A DNA stretch of 64,000 nucleotides from NCBI GenBank assembly GCA_964016885.1, contig OZ024741.1, positions 278,876,001 to 278,940,000 on the forward strand, written 5' to 3'. The translations under genes were made by a program, and so were the position numbers. This document shows, in pieces, positions 1-14,439 of this stretch. The notes below the pieces were generated by a model. It searched no databases and was not told the DNA's origin. It saw only the letters and a program-made list of their open reading frames with translations. The stretch's first letter is position 1; the number at the start of each line of letters is the position of its first letter. The DNA comes from Eledone cirrhosa. Lineage: Eukaryota.

Positions 1-230
1 ACTAACAATGATATGGTGTGTCTGTGGGAAGCCTCTCTATGTTATCTATCGTAATATATATCATATATGTATGAGTTGGCGAATGCCTGGCTAAAAACTT
101 TGAAAATTTGTGTTAATTTTTGTTATATTAAATATTGTGCATATATATGGAAATATACGTGTGTTTGTGCGACGGCGTCTGCATTTTATCAACGACAGTT
201 CAAGTACCTTTTCTACTTAACATTTTGAAC

Positions 231-346
<116 letters not shown>

Positions 347-495
347 GTTCAAGAAAGAAGAGTGATATGGTTTGCTATACAATAACGGGTTTATTCACAT
401 TGCTGACAATTGTTTCTTTGATCTGGTAGGTCTAGAGTCAGCTACTCGATTGATGTTGCGTTAATGGACTGCATATAACGATAACCTGTTATCCC

Positions 496-538
<43 letters not shown>

Positions 539-629
539 CTATTTCCATAGGGTAAAGGAAAGGAGTGTGCTCTATGTATGCTACAGAGCTATTTAATTAT
601 GTAATAAAGAACATAAGACAATTATTCCA

Positions 630-698
630 TTTACTAAACGTTTCACGAAGACAGTTGAGCTCAACACAGACGTCTGAAATCGCTCATCAGATTGAAAA
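630..698 (-). ncRNA. Degenerate hammerhead ribozyme motif
   Basis: Minus strand reads CTGATGA gcga...tcgt GAAA cg TT. Both core boxes and the stem II base are intact, but stem I pairs poorly. Confidence 0.4.
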
Positions 699-848
699 TT
701 TAATATGGACGTAAGATATGAATTTAAAAACAAAGGCTAAAACAATTGAAAACGAGGCTGATATATAATAAAATAAAGATGAGAAATAAAATAAAAAATA
801 AAAAATAAAAAAAAATAAAATAACGGGAAATAGAAGGTTATGGGGAAA

Positions 849-902
<54 letters not shown>

Positions 903-906
<4 letters not shown>

Positions 907-1385
907 GAAAAATGAAATATCATTTCTCACTCTGAGTACGGCTGATACTTAAATGTAAGAATGTATACGTACATACATATATGTATACGAACGTACAGTA
1001 GTATGTATATAGATACATACATGTACACATATATATATATTATAATGCTCGGTTTGTTTGTAAACAAACAGCCCGAATTATTAGCCGTACAGTGTTCGGC
1101 AACCATCGTTGCCCTTTTGTTCAACACTGACAAATGAACGATGAACTAGTTTCTAGCTTATTAGCTGTCATCATCACCGTATACCTTCCTGTCAGTTGAT
1201 TCAACGTTTGAAAGTATATACTTTCCTTATGCATATTAACGGCTGAGCAGCCTAATTTGCATATCGAGTGAGTTAGTCGGCCGGGCGTACCGAAAACGAT
1301 AAATGGAAAAAATGAAATTTCATTTCTCAGTCTTAGTACGGCTGATACTTAAATGTAAGTATATATACGTACATACATATATATA
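903..1385 (-). mobile_element. Non-autonomous hammerhead-bearing PLE-derived (retrozyme-like) element, ~400-nt monomer plus partial repeat
   Basis: 903-1000 is repeated at 1303-1385 (period 400). Homologous copies at 24922-25440 and 55571-56190. Flanked by (TA)n. Confidence 0.75.
1138..1180 (-). ncRNA. Minimal type I hammerhead, core C3 mutated to A
   Basis: acggtg ATGATGA c-agct-aata-agct-a GAAA ctag TT catcgt. Intact sister copy at 25187-25229. Confidence 0.7.
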
Positions 1386-1458
1386 TGTGTGCATGTATGT
1401 ATGTATATACATACTACTGTACGTCCGTACATACATACACGCATACATACATACACAT

Positions 1459-2020
1459 AGCTTTTGAATGTTGCCTCATATGCCTTCGACAACATCTACT
1501 AATCACCAAGCGTATAAGCCCATCCATAGAACTTGTAGATAACTTCATGAGAGTTGGGAAGTATCTTCTTGAGAAATACTCCCTGAATGATGACACATAC
1601 ACTCATTGGAAATTGCACAGCATAATGCATAAAAGAGATAGAGCAAAACACCTAGATACGACAACAAATGCAAACTCAATAGAATAAACATCGAGTATAT
1701 CACTCACATCATAAACAGCTGTCCAAAGATACCACGATACTATTTACTTACGAGGCATGACGTAGTGACCAAAACTCTATACAATGCAATGCGTAGAAAG
1801 CATAGTTCAGGGAATAAAAATATAAAAAGTTGCAGCGATATGGAGAACTTACTCACACATATAGAATACTGGTGGAATTTACCGTCAAAACCCCAGTAAA
1901 ATATAGACATACGAGAGGTGACATAATGATATGCGACAGAAAAAAAGAGGCATGCACAGTAGTGGAAATTAGCTGTCCAGCAGATGTGAATATGTTGAAG
2001 ATTAGTAAAAAGGAGAATAT
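1459..2020 (+). mobile_element. R4/Dong-like non-LTR retrotransposon 3' fragment (zinc knuckle remnant + restriction-like endonuclease), degraded
   Basis: Across frameshifts reads HIINSCP..RHDVV..EYWWN..RGDIMICD..VVEISCPAD. Homologous to the ORF at 10693-11181. Preceded by (CATA)n. Confidence 0.75.
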
Positions 2021-2194
2021 TTATTTCATCGACTTCGGAAAGATGAAAGGTAAATTAACCTTTTGTGCGATTTGAACTCACAACTAAAATATATACTGAC
2101 AGTTCTAAACAGTACAGGTGGGAAAATGTGGAAGTAAAAAAATCATATACATGCAAATGTTATTACAGAATTTATAACAAACTCTTCATTTCCC

Positions 2195-2460
2195 GTTGTA
2201 TACTCAGCTGAAAATGAGTACCAATAATAGCTAGGGGTTTAATCCTGCGATGGACTGGTGTCCTGTCGGGTAGGGGGGGGGGGTCAAAGAAACCAGGATA
2301 AGCACTGGTCTGATGAGCCTCCGGGCTCGAGACAGACTTTAGCCCTGCGATAGACTGTTGTCCTCCCCAGAGGAGAGTCTTGTACTTTCAGTCGTTTAAC
2401 GCCAATGAAGCTAGGATAAGCACCGGCCTGGTGAGCCTCCGGGCTCGAGACAGACTTTAG
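2195..2460 (+). mobile_element. SINE body/tail with tandemly duplicated 3' part (V-domain-like CCTGCGATGGACTGG)
   Basis: Two ~100-115 nt units cctgcgat(g/a)gactg...ccgggctcgagacagactttag (2244-2342 and 2344-2460). Family assignment is from recalled SINE domains. Confidence 0.55.
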
Positions 2461-2461
2461 A

Positions 2462-2772
2462 CATAGGCGGGATTGACGGCCAATCCATACGACGGCCTAT
2501 TACCCCATGACGACGACGACGACGACGACGACATACAAAATAGCACTCCATCGGTCGCAACGACGAGTCTTCCAGTTGATACGAATAACGAAGCATCCCG
2601 CTTTAGAAATTAATGTGCAAACAAGAGTTCTCTTAACGTATGTCTCGGGAAGATTAAATGTGACTCAGAATGTGATGTGGTTGGCCCTTCGAATTACAGA
2701 TACAACTTATTTTTGCCAGCTGAGTGGACTGGAGCAACGTGAAATAAAGTGTCTTGCTCAAGGACACAACAC
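2462..2772 (-). mobile_element. SINE fragment
   Basis: Shares ggagcaacgtgaaataaagt(g/t)tcttgctcaagga with 36556-36600. tRNA-like heads of this type at 3760-3860 (-), 4060-4130 (+) and 36600-36675 (-). Confidence 0.6.
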
Positions 2773-5306
2773 ACACAGAAACAAATAAAAGATAAAATCA
2801 ACCCTATACAGGTTTCATCTCAGATCCTAAAGGGGTAACGCTATAATTTCCATTCTAAACATTCTATTCTCACAACCACAATCACAATAAACCCAAATTT
2901 ATGAGTGGAAAAAAATAGAAACTAATACATTATGTAAAGCAGTAATGAATCTGTAATTGTTAAGTGGAGACGAATGCCTTTCAACAGAAATACTATATTT
3001 TTAAAGGTGGAAAGTTTTTATGGGGTATAATAAGAGAGAAGTTCAAATAGATGTATGAATACCTCGTACAATATTTTCTGTTTAAATACTTTCTGCTGAA
3101 GCATTGATCTTTTTACATCAAAAGCAATGTTGATTGGAATAACATGTAGTATATAATCTAGAAAGGTAAAGTGGTAAGTTATATTTAAAAATATAAACTA
3201 ACTCATCAGAGATTAAGTTAAACACCGTTGTTGAAACGCTTCCATAGCTGTCTGTTTCTAATAGAAAGACACTTAAGTCGAATATCTGAATAATCCGATT
3301 ATGCGAATGGATGGTAATACCAACGTATATATAGGTAAACGAGATTATGCATAAAATCAAGAAAGAAGCGTAGAACTATTTGATGAATAGAAAGGAATAA
3401 TCGTCGGATTTCCAGTGTCATGGGGCTTTGTGTGATGACTTAACTATGCATTTGGAATTTGATTGAGTGAGCTACTGATTGGAACAATATCACATTAAAT
3501 GCGTGTTTATATAATGGGAACAGGCTGGTGACAAAAGTGTCAGAATGTTTATAGATAATATAATACAAGAGGCGTTAAAGAACTCACTTTGGTTTGAAAT
3601 GGTGTTAGTAAATAGGCATAAATTTGTGTGAGTAATAATAATTTCTAATAATAATAACCACTAATTCCCACCTATACAGGTTTAGTTGTCCTCATACGAA
3701 GTTGCACCTAATAGGAGGTTTCTCTGGTGTTTTAATAAGTTCCTCAGTCATATGAAATTAAACGTCTTACTCAAGAACACAACACACCTCCCGACCTAGA
3801 AATCGAACGCTAGGCCTATATACCCTAACACCCTAACCACTAGGCCACGTGCCTTCACTGAATCAGGGAGTCAATCCTGCCGATAAAATCAACCACTCTA
3901 CTTGTGAAGCACCTATTTTATCGAAACCTCCGACAATTTTAAAACTCAGAACGTAAGAGTTGTGAACTATAACTGCACGGCATTTTTTCCAAATCTCTAT
4001 ATTTTTCTACCTATATACGATCCCTGAATAATCAATAACATCGTTTTCTTGCTATATTGAAGGCATGTGACTTAATGGTTAGAGTGTTGGGTTCGAAATC
4101 GTGAGGCTGCAAGTTCGATTCCCTTGAGTAAGACACTTTATTTCATGTGCTCCTTCTGCGAGGACTTGTGACCGGTAGATAGTATCAGTGATGGAAACAA
4201 TAATAGAAACATTGTTTCTTCGGTCCGATTTGATGAGTTCCACCCACTCGATAAGTAAATTGTGGGATCTTGTCGATCGATTACTTTTTTCTTTTTCCTT
4301 TTACAATAGTTAAATGTGAATATTTATAGGAGAGTAGTATAGTCGCTTGAATCAAGCCCAATAGATGATTTATTAATTATTTTATCAATATTAGCGGGAC
4401 GACTGACCAAGAAGACGGCGGTTAGATTTGAACTAAGAACTTTAGAGTATTAGTCAGTAACCAACAAGAACAATAAAATTAGGAAAAGTGAATTATTGCG
4501 TTTAAATAATAGCAATTGTTGTTTGATCAGAACAGATACACATTAGACCAAAATGACAAAATCAAAATTAGTAAAAAAATAAAAAAAGTATCAAATTTAG
4601 TTTAGCATTTAACACATATGAATGAAATTGAATTTTCCATGTGGACAATTCAATATTCAACTAATATTCGCCAGACAACAATTGAGGTAGAAGAGATAAC
4701 TATAAAAATATTACAAGTAATGTAATATGGAAGAAACAAATTCAATCTGGAGATGTGGCGGCCATATTTGATTGGATTGGTGTCCCTATTGAATTTATGT
4801 CAGCATTTAGCTTAATGTGAGTATGGAATGTTTATATAAACACAAGGTCATAATTGTTATAGGTAATACACAATTAACTTATTTGGTGTTTTTCTAGAAA
4901 AATATTTCTAAAGCTCTGTACCTTAGAGCTTTTAGATTCAGTGTTTTTACAATTTTAAGCAGATGAGGGATAAATCCCCCCTGAATAGAACACTGATGCA
5001 TACCAGGTAACATTTCCAGATGACCTAATGCTTATTCTTGAGAGCTAGGTAAAGCTAGGTATCTGTCTATTCATTTTCCATTTGTCTATCTCTCTTCTAA
5101 TCTGTCTACCTATCAACCGAAATCTCTATCTCACTTTCAATCTCTCTCTCATACATATTCTTCTAGAAATCATTCAGAAAGCCATCCTTTGTAACTCTTT
5201 TCCTTTTCAACAACCCCTTTCAATTATGTTTTTACCTATACTTGTATTAATATTTTTATTCTTGCTTTTATCTGAAAACCCTAAAAATAATCTTGATTTC
5301 TTCACA

Positions 5307-5369
<63 letters not shown>

Positions 5370-5705
5370 CAAAAGAAAAATTCTATATCCACTCTTAGCT
5401 TATTTTAGATACTTTCACAACTCCCCAAAACAACCTGACCTTTTGACACAAACTTTTGATACAATTGAGCCCCACCTAAATACTTTCACAAACACACATA
5501 AAAAATGCTATCTGAACCATTAAAAGAATTTTCTATTTTAACCAAGTGAATTTAATTTAAGCTTGACTTGTTGAACATCACCCCACCTTCACCACCACAC
5601 CTTCATAAATAACATATGTATAAGAAGAAATTTTAACAGAAAATTCACATATGTTCAAACTGCTCTCAGAATATATGAAAAAACTTCTTTTATTATTTAC
5701 TACTT

Positions 5706-5748
5706 AATATTTGATAAGATTGATATACCAATCGAAATCGGTAATACT
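5706..5748 (+). ncRNA. Minimal type I hammerhead, U3-A8 core variant
   Basis: aatat TTGATAA gattg-atatac-caatc GAAA tcgg TA atact. Perfect 5-bp stem II, near-palindromic stem III, GUA triplet, one mismatch in stem I. Confidence 0.65.
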
Positions 5749-5940
5749 TGACAAAATGTAAATCTTCTTACTGTAACAATTATAGAATTATTCATTCTAT
5801 CAGATTTTAAAAAAAGATAATCTTTAAATATACTTCTGAGCTTTTATTACTTTTACCTAACTATAACTTTTGATTTGAATGGAACTTAACTCCACTTTTC
5901 AACTATATATATATGTATGTACGTAACATAGTCACTACTT

Positions 5941-5989
<49 letters not shown>

Positions 5990-5996
<7 letters not shown>

Positions 5997-6375
5997 GAAT
6001 TGGTGCTCTGAAATAGGGATGTATACATGAATATATATAGTATATTTGGCAATATACTGTATGCTTAATTAAAAACATTTTGAAGAGCTTGTGCTATTAT
6101 TTTAAAGTAGTGACTATGTTACTTACTTCTTTTTTCAACAAACAAAGGGAGATAAGCTTACAGATCTGTTTCATTCAGAGCTTAGCACTCGCCGGTGCCT
6201 TAGCGAGTGCTAAGCTCTGATGATTACCAACAGTATGAAACAGATCTGTCAGCTTGTCTCTCTTTGTTTGTTGAAAAAAGAAGTAAGTAACATAGTCACT
6301 ACTTTAAAATAATAGCGCAAGGGCTTCAAAATGTTTTTAATTAAGCATACAGTGTATTGCCAAATATACTATATA
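5990..6375. mobile_element. Fold-back non-autonomous element with back-to-back hammerheads
   Basis: About 6035-6192 is the reverse complement of about 6203-6372. Sister copy at 56212-56665. Sits in (TA)n. Confidence 0.8.
6212..6255 (+). ncRNA. Minimal type I hammerhead ribozyme (canonical core)
   Basis: aagct CTGATGA t-tac-caaca-gta-t GAAA cagatctg TC agctt. 5-bp stem I, palindromic stem III, GUC cleavage triplet. Confidence 0.9.
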
Positions 6376-6776
6376 TATATATATTCATATATATATATGT
6401 ATGTATATGTACTGGCCTATATCTTAACTATTATTACTTACTTTACGATTTTAATGTGTCAGAAGTGTCAGAAGATCCTGTTAGGGGTGAAAGCAGCGAT
6501 TCTTTGCTTAAACTTTAATCTGTTATTTTAATATATATATTATATATATATATTGTTATACTTGGGGAGGGTCATATTGTTATGATAAACATTGATTGCC
6601 AAATAAATTAACTATGGAGATATAGAAGATACAGAAGCGAAAACCAACCCAAACCAAACAGTGAGTGTGATCTGTTATTATTTCTGACAATATTATAACA
6701 ATATGAACCTCCCCAAGTATAACAATATTTGTTTCGACACACAATTTCATATAAAAAAACTTGCAAAACAATATAT

Positions 6777-6843
<67 letters not shown>

Positions 6844-6989
6844 TATATATATGAAAATGTATGACCCCGACGGCAGGGCTCAAGCCGCTTTGACAGCTAT
6901 TTCTGGACGCTCAGGCCGTTTCGACGGCTATTTCTGGTGTCCCTAACCACAACTCCTTCGTTATATATATGTATATATATTCGTTGTTG

Positions 6990-8740
<1,751 letters not shown>

Positions 8741-9142
8741 CATATATATATATATATACAGTTCTGGTTCTATGGGTTTGTTTTTCGAATTCAAATGTTG
8801 CCAAGGTCAACTTTGCTTTTCATCTTTTCGATAAAAGGAGGTAAAAAAAAAGTACAACTTTAGTACTGAGTAGATTCACTCTTTTTATCGCTTTCTCACT
8901 TCCTCTCTACCACTTTCTATCCTCTGAAAGAAATCGGCTGTTTTCAGACTTAAGGAGCGGATGAGCTTGCAGCAGGTTTTAAATACCCAAGACACACCGA
9001 ATGTCAATATGGTGCCCTTACGACTCCATCAGAAGTTTCGGGTTCATATACACACGCATATGTATGTATCTGAGTTCGTACGTACTTACGTATGTATGCA
9101 TGCATATATGAATAAACATAGGTATATATGTACATACGTATG

Positions 9143-9887
9143 TCAGGTCACTCTTCAGCGCTATTGGTAACATGTAACCCAGTACAACCTATGCATGGAC
9201 GGGTCGTCAGCGACTAAACTGGTAACCCTACCAAGCTTGCTTGGTGAGGATGGTGATTTTGGACACCATTGGGAATAAAAAGCAAGACTCCTAGTCTTCA
9301 TTAAGACATCGCTCTTGGAAAATGTCACTCTGATATAAAACCTTCGTTTGCATCCAATGATGTAGATCAGTTCCACTCTTTGGGCAAATGCATACAATGT
9401 TCAGAGAGTGGGATTGGCCCCGTGCAAAGCCTTTCGTCACTTAAAAAAGCTTCAAGCACAGGCATTGCTGGCCATAAGCAAGTCCCTAGCAGGACTAAAA
9501 GGCCACGTCCGTGATGTTCATGCTTAAGTATCAAGCGATGACATTACTCGAAATCGAGTTTCAGCTATCATGTACGTACGTATGTGTGCATATATGTATA
9601 TATATATATATATGTATGTATGTGTGTATGTATGTATATATACTATATATATGTATGTATGTGTGTATGTATGTATGCATGTATGCATGTAGCCCAGTAC
9701 AACCTGTCACATGGTCGGGTCATTGGCGACAAAACCGGCAACTCCACCAAGCTTGCTTTGTTAGGAGGGTGAGTTGTTGACACTATACAGGATGAAAAAA
9801 CAAAACCCCATCAAAGGGCGGGGGAACTCGGATGAGTCAACGGCCATCCAATAGGGTGTACATATTTATATGTTGTGTGTAGATATG

Positions 9888-9938
<51 letters not shown>

Positions 9939-10380
9939 GTGCAAGTGCGTGTGCGTGGGTCGGGACATGGAAGTACTCGGTGAACCCACCGGGAGTGAGC
10001 GACCCTTAGTCCTTGTTAGGACATCATTCTAGAAGGAAAAGTTTGATGTAAAACTTGCGACTCGATGTTTGCCAATGATGTTGACCTGTTCCTTTTGGAT
10101 AAATATCACCGTTGTTCAGAGGGTGGGATTGGTCAAATGCAAGGCCTTTCTTCACTTAAAATAATCTTGAGGTATCAGTCGATCTAAACATGTTTCATAT
10201 ATGTTGCATGATCATGGCTGGCCGTACCCGAAAAAGGTTTTTTTTTTTCTTTTTCGCTTTTGCCTATACAGAAAGGAATGTAAATACTTGGCAATGCTAA
10301 AATTCATGTTTAATGCCACGCATGTATGAAAAAAGACCAAGGAGATGGCAATTCTCGAAATCGAGATGCAGCCATCATGT
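9143..10380 (+). mobile_element. Two diverged, interrupted copies of the RTE-type non-autonomous element
   Basis: Share the ggtaacatgta..ccagtacaacct..gggtcgtcagcgactaaac head and the ctcgaaatcgag..cagc(t/c)atc tail with 12331-12944. Followed by (ATGT)n. Confidence 0.7.
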
Positions 10381-10540
10381 ATATATGTACGTGTGTATGT
10401 GTATATATATATACGTGTGTATGTATGTATGTACGTATGTACGTATGTACGTATGTACGTATGTATAAACGTATGTATGTATGTTAGTATGTATATGTTT
10501 CTCTTTCTCTTAATTTCGAGTACATGATTTCGAGTAGATG

Positions 10541-10571
<31 letters not shown>

Positions 10572-10612
10572 TGTATGTATGTATGTATGTATGTATGTAT
10601 GTATGTATGTAT

Positions 10613-11660
10613 GTTCTCTCTTTCTCTTAATTTCGAGTATATTTTTGACCGGCCACCTTCCTGGTGGCAAGGTTGTAAAAGAAAAGAAATTGTCATCCCT
10701 TGAATCGCAAGAATGTTTTGCAAATTTTGAAGGTGCCAGCTATCGCAGCCATTTGTAGACTATGAATTAGGGAGCTGCGCTCTTTGTCCGCATATCCAAG
10801 TTCAGTTATACATTGGTCCAAGCGGGTTGGTATATAACCCGTAGCACCAATAATGATGGGTATGAAGCTAAAGGTGTATCTTGGATACTGGATTTGTAAA
10901 CTCCTCATCAATGGTCCGTAGATGTCCTCCCTCTCCTGTATTTTTCTGACAACGTTGACATCAAGTGGGCAGCTGATCTCCACAACAGAACAAGTTTTCA
11001 ATGTGTGGTCCCAAATAACAATATCAGGCCGGTTGTGCTTTAATTTGGTGACAGTTTTTATTTTCAGGTTCCACCAGTATTCTTTAGTGCCATCTGTCTC
11101 AATATATTCTTCCTCGTTTGTTGTTAATTTTGTTTTCCGAAGTGCGTTCCAGATGGTTCTAGCTATCCCATCGTGTCTCATACAGCTGGCAACAATGTGG
11201 CTAACATTTTCGATCTTTGTTTTACATAGCCTACATTTATTGTCGACTGATGGCCCTCTTATTTTGTGTACCAGGTATTTGGTAGGGATTCCTTGTTCCT
11301 GTATTGCATAGAGATATCATTCAAGGTGGGATGTCAAAAACTTGTCGGAACTCCATGCCAGGCATTTTGAATGATTTATCCCCTCTATGGTCTGTGTTTT
11401 TCATCTCAGGTACCCATGCACCATTGGTCCATTTTGAATAGGATCTTCCAATTTCCCTGGGAGAGAGATTTATGTCAAACCTTATTCCATATCTCTCCTC
11501 CAGATCAGTGGCTATCCTGATGATATTATTTCCTTTATGCTCATAAACCTGGGCAAGATGGTTGCTGACCTTTTTTCTTCTGTTGAAAATGTTGCTTCAG
11601 TGGTACTATCCGGGTCTCGTATGATATTAATATATAATATAGACCCCGGCCACCTTCCTT
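10613..11660 (-). mobile_element. R4/Dong-like non-LTR retrotransposon, 5'-truncated, with 3' UTR ending in (CATA)n
   Basis: ORF 10693-11181 reads RHD..YWWN..HNRPDIVIWD..VVEISCP..PIIIGATG (restriction-like endonuclease). Upstream reads IQEQGIPTKYL..KCRLCKTKIENVSHIVASC (CCHC). Confidence 0.9.
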
Positions 11661-12069
11661 GTATGTATGTATGTATGTGTGTAGTGTTTGTACCAGAGTT
11701 TTCAAGTCGCTGGCTGGACTAAAATGTCACACTCGTTCAGCGCATCGGTAGGGGTTCTCCTACATGGATATAAAGTAGTGGCCGTACTCGAAAACGAGTT
11801 GGCAGCCACTATGTATGTATGTTCTTCTGGTTTTATAATTTCCCAAATGTTTGCCAATAGAGAGAGAGGGGGCCGGTTTCTAAGATAGATACAAGACTCT
11901 TTCATTAGAATTTACACAACATCAACTAGGTAGATATGTATGCATGTCTGCATGCATGCATGTGTGCATATAGGGATGTTATTGTATGCGTGGATGTGTA
12001 TGTTTTGAGTTGTCTGTGTGCATATGTATATGCTTTGTATCTGTACAAGTGTATATACAGTTATTAGAT

Positions 12070-12216
12070 GCAGAATTTTTAGAATGTTTTACATATTTTT
12101 ACTGTTTCATTAACGGATTGTACTTGTAATTTCCTAACTAGTCGTGTTCTTTCTGTTTCTGTGAAGATTTGTATTGAGGCAGTTACTAACGTATCCCAGT
12201 GTCCCAATAATCGCAG
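12070..12216 (-). mobile_element. R4/Dong-like extreme 3' fragment
   Basis: ERTRLVRKLQVQSVNETVKICKTF matches the C-terminus of 10693-11181. Adjacent to (TATG)n. Confidence 0.65.
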
Positions 12217-12330
12217 GCATGCATGCATGTATGTATGTATGTATGTATGTATGTATGTATGTATGTATGTATGTATGTATGTATGTATGTATGTATGCAT
12301 GTATGTATGTATGTATCTATGTATGTATAT

Positions 12331-12944
12331 GTCAGGTCACCACTTGGTGCTACTGGTAACATGTATCCCAGTACAACCTGTCTCATGGTCGGGTCGTTGG
12401 CGACTAAACTGGCAAACCCACCAAGGTTTCTTGGTGAGGAGGATAACTTTGGACATCCTGCAGGACTAAAAACAAAACCTGTCAAAGGGCAAAGGAGTTC
12501 TTAAGAGTCAATGGCCATCCAAAATCACCGGGAGTGATGACCCCTTAGCCTTTGTCAAGGCAGAATTCTAGGAGAAGGAAAACTCTGATATAACACCTGC
12601 AACCCTGATGGTATCCAATGATGTTGACTTGTTCTTCTTTTTGGTAAATATCATCTTGGTTAAGAGAGTGGGACTGGCTTTGTGCAGTGCCTTGCTCACT
12701 ATAAAAGCTTCACGGCACAGGCATTTCTTTATATCTGGAGATCTCTCTGCACTTGTCGTCACATGGTACCATGGGCCCAGGGCCCAGCACTATGGGTCAA
12801 TAATTGTCACAAGAGTAGTGTTTGTACCAGAGTTTTCAAGTTGCTGGCTGGACTAAAAAGTCACACTCGTTCAGCGCATCAGTAGGGGTTCTCCTACATG
12901 GATATAAAGTAGTGGCCGTACTCGAAAACGAGTTGGCAGCCACC
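12331..12944 (+). mobile_element. ~615-bp non-autonomous RTE-type retroelement (5'UTR-like head, 3' stem-loop, (ATGT)n tail); most complete copy
   Basis: About 11 copies in the window. Contains ctaggagaaggaaaactctga (recalled as an RTE 5'UTR motif) and terminal hairpin gtggccgta-ctcg-aaaa-cgag-ttggcagccac. Flanked by (TATG)n. Confidence 0.75.
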
Positions 12945-13459
12945 ATGTATGTATATATGTATGTGCGTATGTATCTATGTATGTATCTATGTATTTATGT
13001 ATGTGTGTATGTATGTATATATGTATGTAGGTATCTATGTATATATGTATATATGTATGCGTGTATGTATCTATATATGTATCTATGTATATATATACAG
13101 CCATATTTTTGTTAGTGTAGGTTTGTATATGTGTTTTTTGTGTTTTATTGTTCTATAGATGATTTTGTTTTTTGTTTTTTTTTTGTATTTTTCTTATTCC
13201 TGTACTGCTTTGCTGAAAACTTTTCAATATAAAATTTCATAAATATATATTATTTATTTATTTATTCACAGTTTTAATACTTTACGAAAATATATAAAAT
13301 TAAGAATACATGTCAAAATGACAACAGATAATTTGAAAATATTCTAAATTTCATTTTATTTTCATCCATTTTTTCAATTTGTTCGTTAAAATTACGCACA
13401 ATATGCGTAAAATATACTTAAACTATAGGTTGAGTATATAACGAGAAAACGAGTTGCGG

Positions 13460-13531
<72 letters not shown>

Positions 13532-13786
13532 GTGTGTGTATATATATATTTACATATATATATATATTTACATACATATATATACATTTATGTATGTATA
13601 TATATGTGTGTGTGAGTGTGTATGTATGTATTCATGTATGTATGTGTGGGTGTATGTGTGTATGTGTATATATAGAATGAATAAAGAAAAGAATGGGCAT
13701 AAGGAGTGTGGCTGTAAGTAGGAAGCAAAATGAAGATTAAAGAGAGAGGACGAAAATAATAGAGATAGGAATTAAACGTATATGAA

Positions 13787-13847
<61 letters not shown>

Positions 13848-14109
13848 CGGCGATGAATTAGTTTTGCGAGGTTTTTGATATGAAATCGTGTGACGAAACA
13901 AATATTGTTATACTTGGGGAGGGTCATATTTGTGTAATATTGCCAGAATTAATAACAGAACACACTCACTGTTTGGTTGGTTTTCGCTTTTCGCTTCTGT
14001 GTCTTTTATATCGGTAATCTAATTTGTTCGGGCCTCAATGTTGCCATTGACTGACCAACGTTCAAAAATACAGATACAATATAGACACAAACACATATAT
14101 ATATAGTTT

Positions 14110-14151
14110 ATCAAAGTTCTTTCGTTGCACATCTGCAACATCGTCAGTGGT
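14110..14151 (-). ncRNA. Hammerhead-like motif in PLE pseudo-LTR (mirror copy at 17977-18020, +)
   Basis: acca CTGACGA t gttgca-gatg-tgcaac GAAA gaac TT tgat. Strong stem II, weak stems I and III. Confidence 0.6.
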
Positions 14152-14400
14152 GCTATTGTTTCCTCCCGTTGCATTGTATTTTCTACGCCATCTTTATTTA
14201 GTCTGTTTATATATTTATTTATTTGTTTATTTTATTTTGTCTTCTTTGCGCATGCGTTTGCGTGTGTGTATAGTGTTTTGTTTGATGTGTGTTCGTGATT
14301 GGGTGACTGTGTATTGGTTAATGTATTCTATCTTTACTAGTGTGTGTTTATATGTGTTTGTTGTTATTGTGCTTGTGTATGTATTTATTTATTTATCTAT

Positions 14401-14436
<36 letters not shown>

Positions 14437-14439
<3 letters not shown>

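Noticed and set aside
2309-2340. CTGATGA followed by a hairpin as a hammerhead
   Set aside because: No GAAA box or stem I/III. It is part of a SINE tail, and the duplicate reads ctggtga.
12911-12944. Terminal hairpin read on the minus strand as HDV P1/P3
   Set aside because: The loop is only 4 nt and P2/P4 are missing. It is better explained as a LINE-type 3' stem-loop.
13875-13916. GAAA caaatattg TT atactt as a hammerhead 3' half (also ~6715-6765 on -)
   Set aside because: The 5' core box cannot be read as CUGANGA or UUGANAA. At best a heavily decayed motif.
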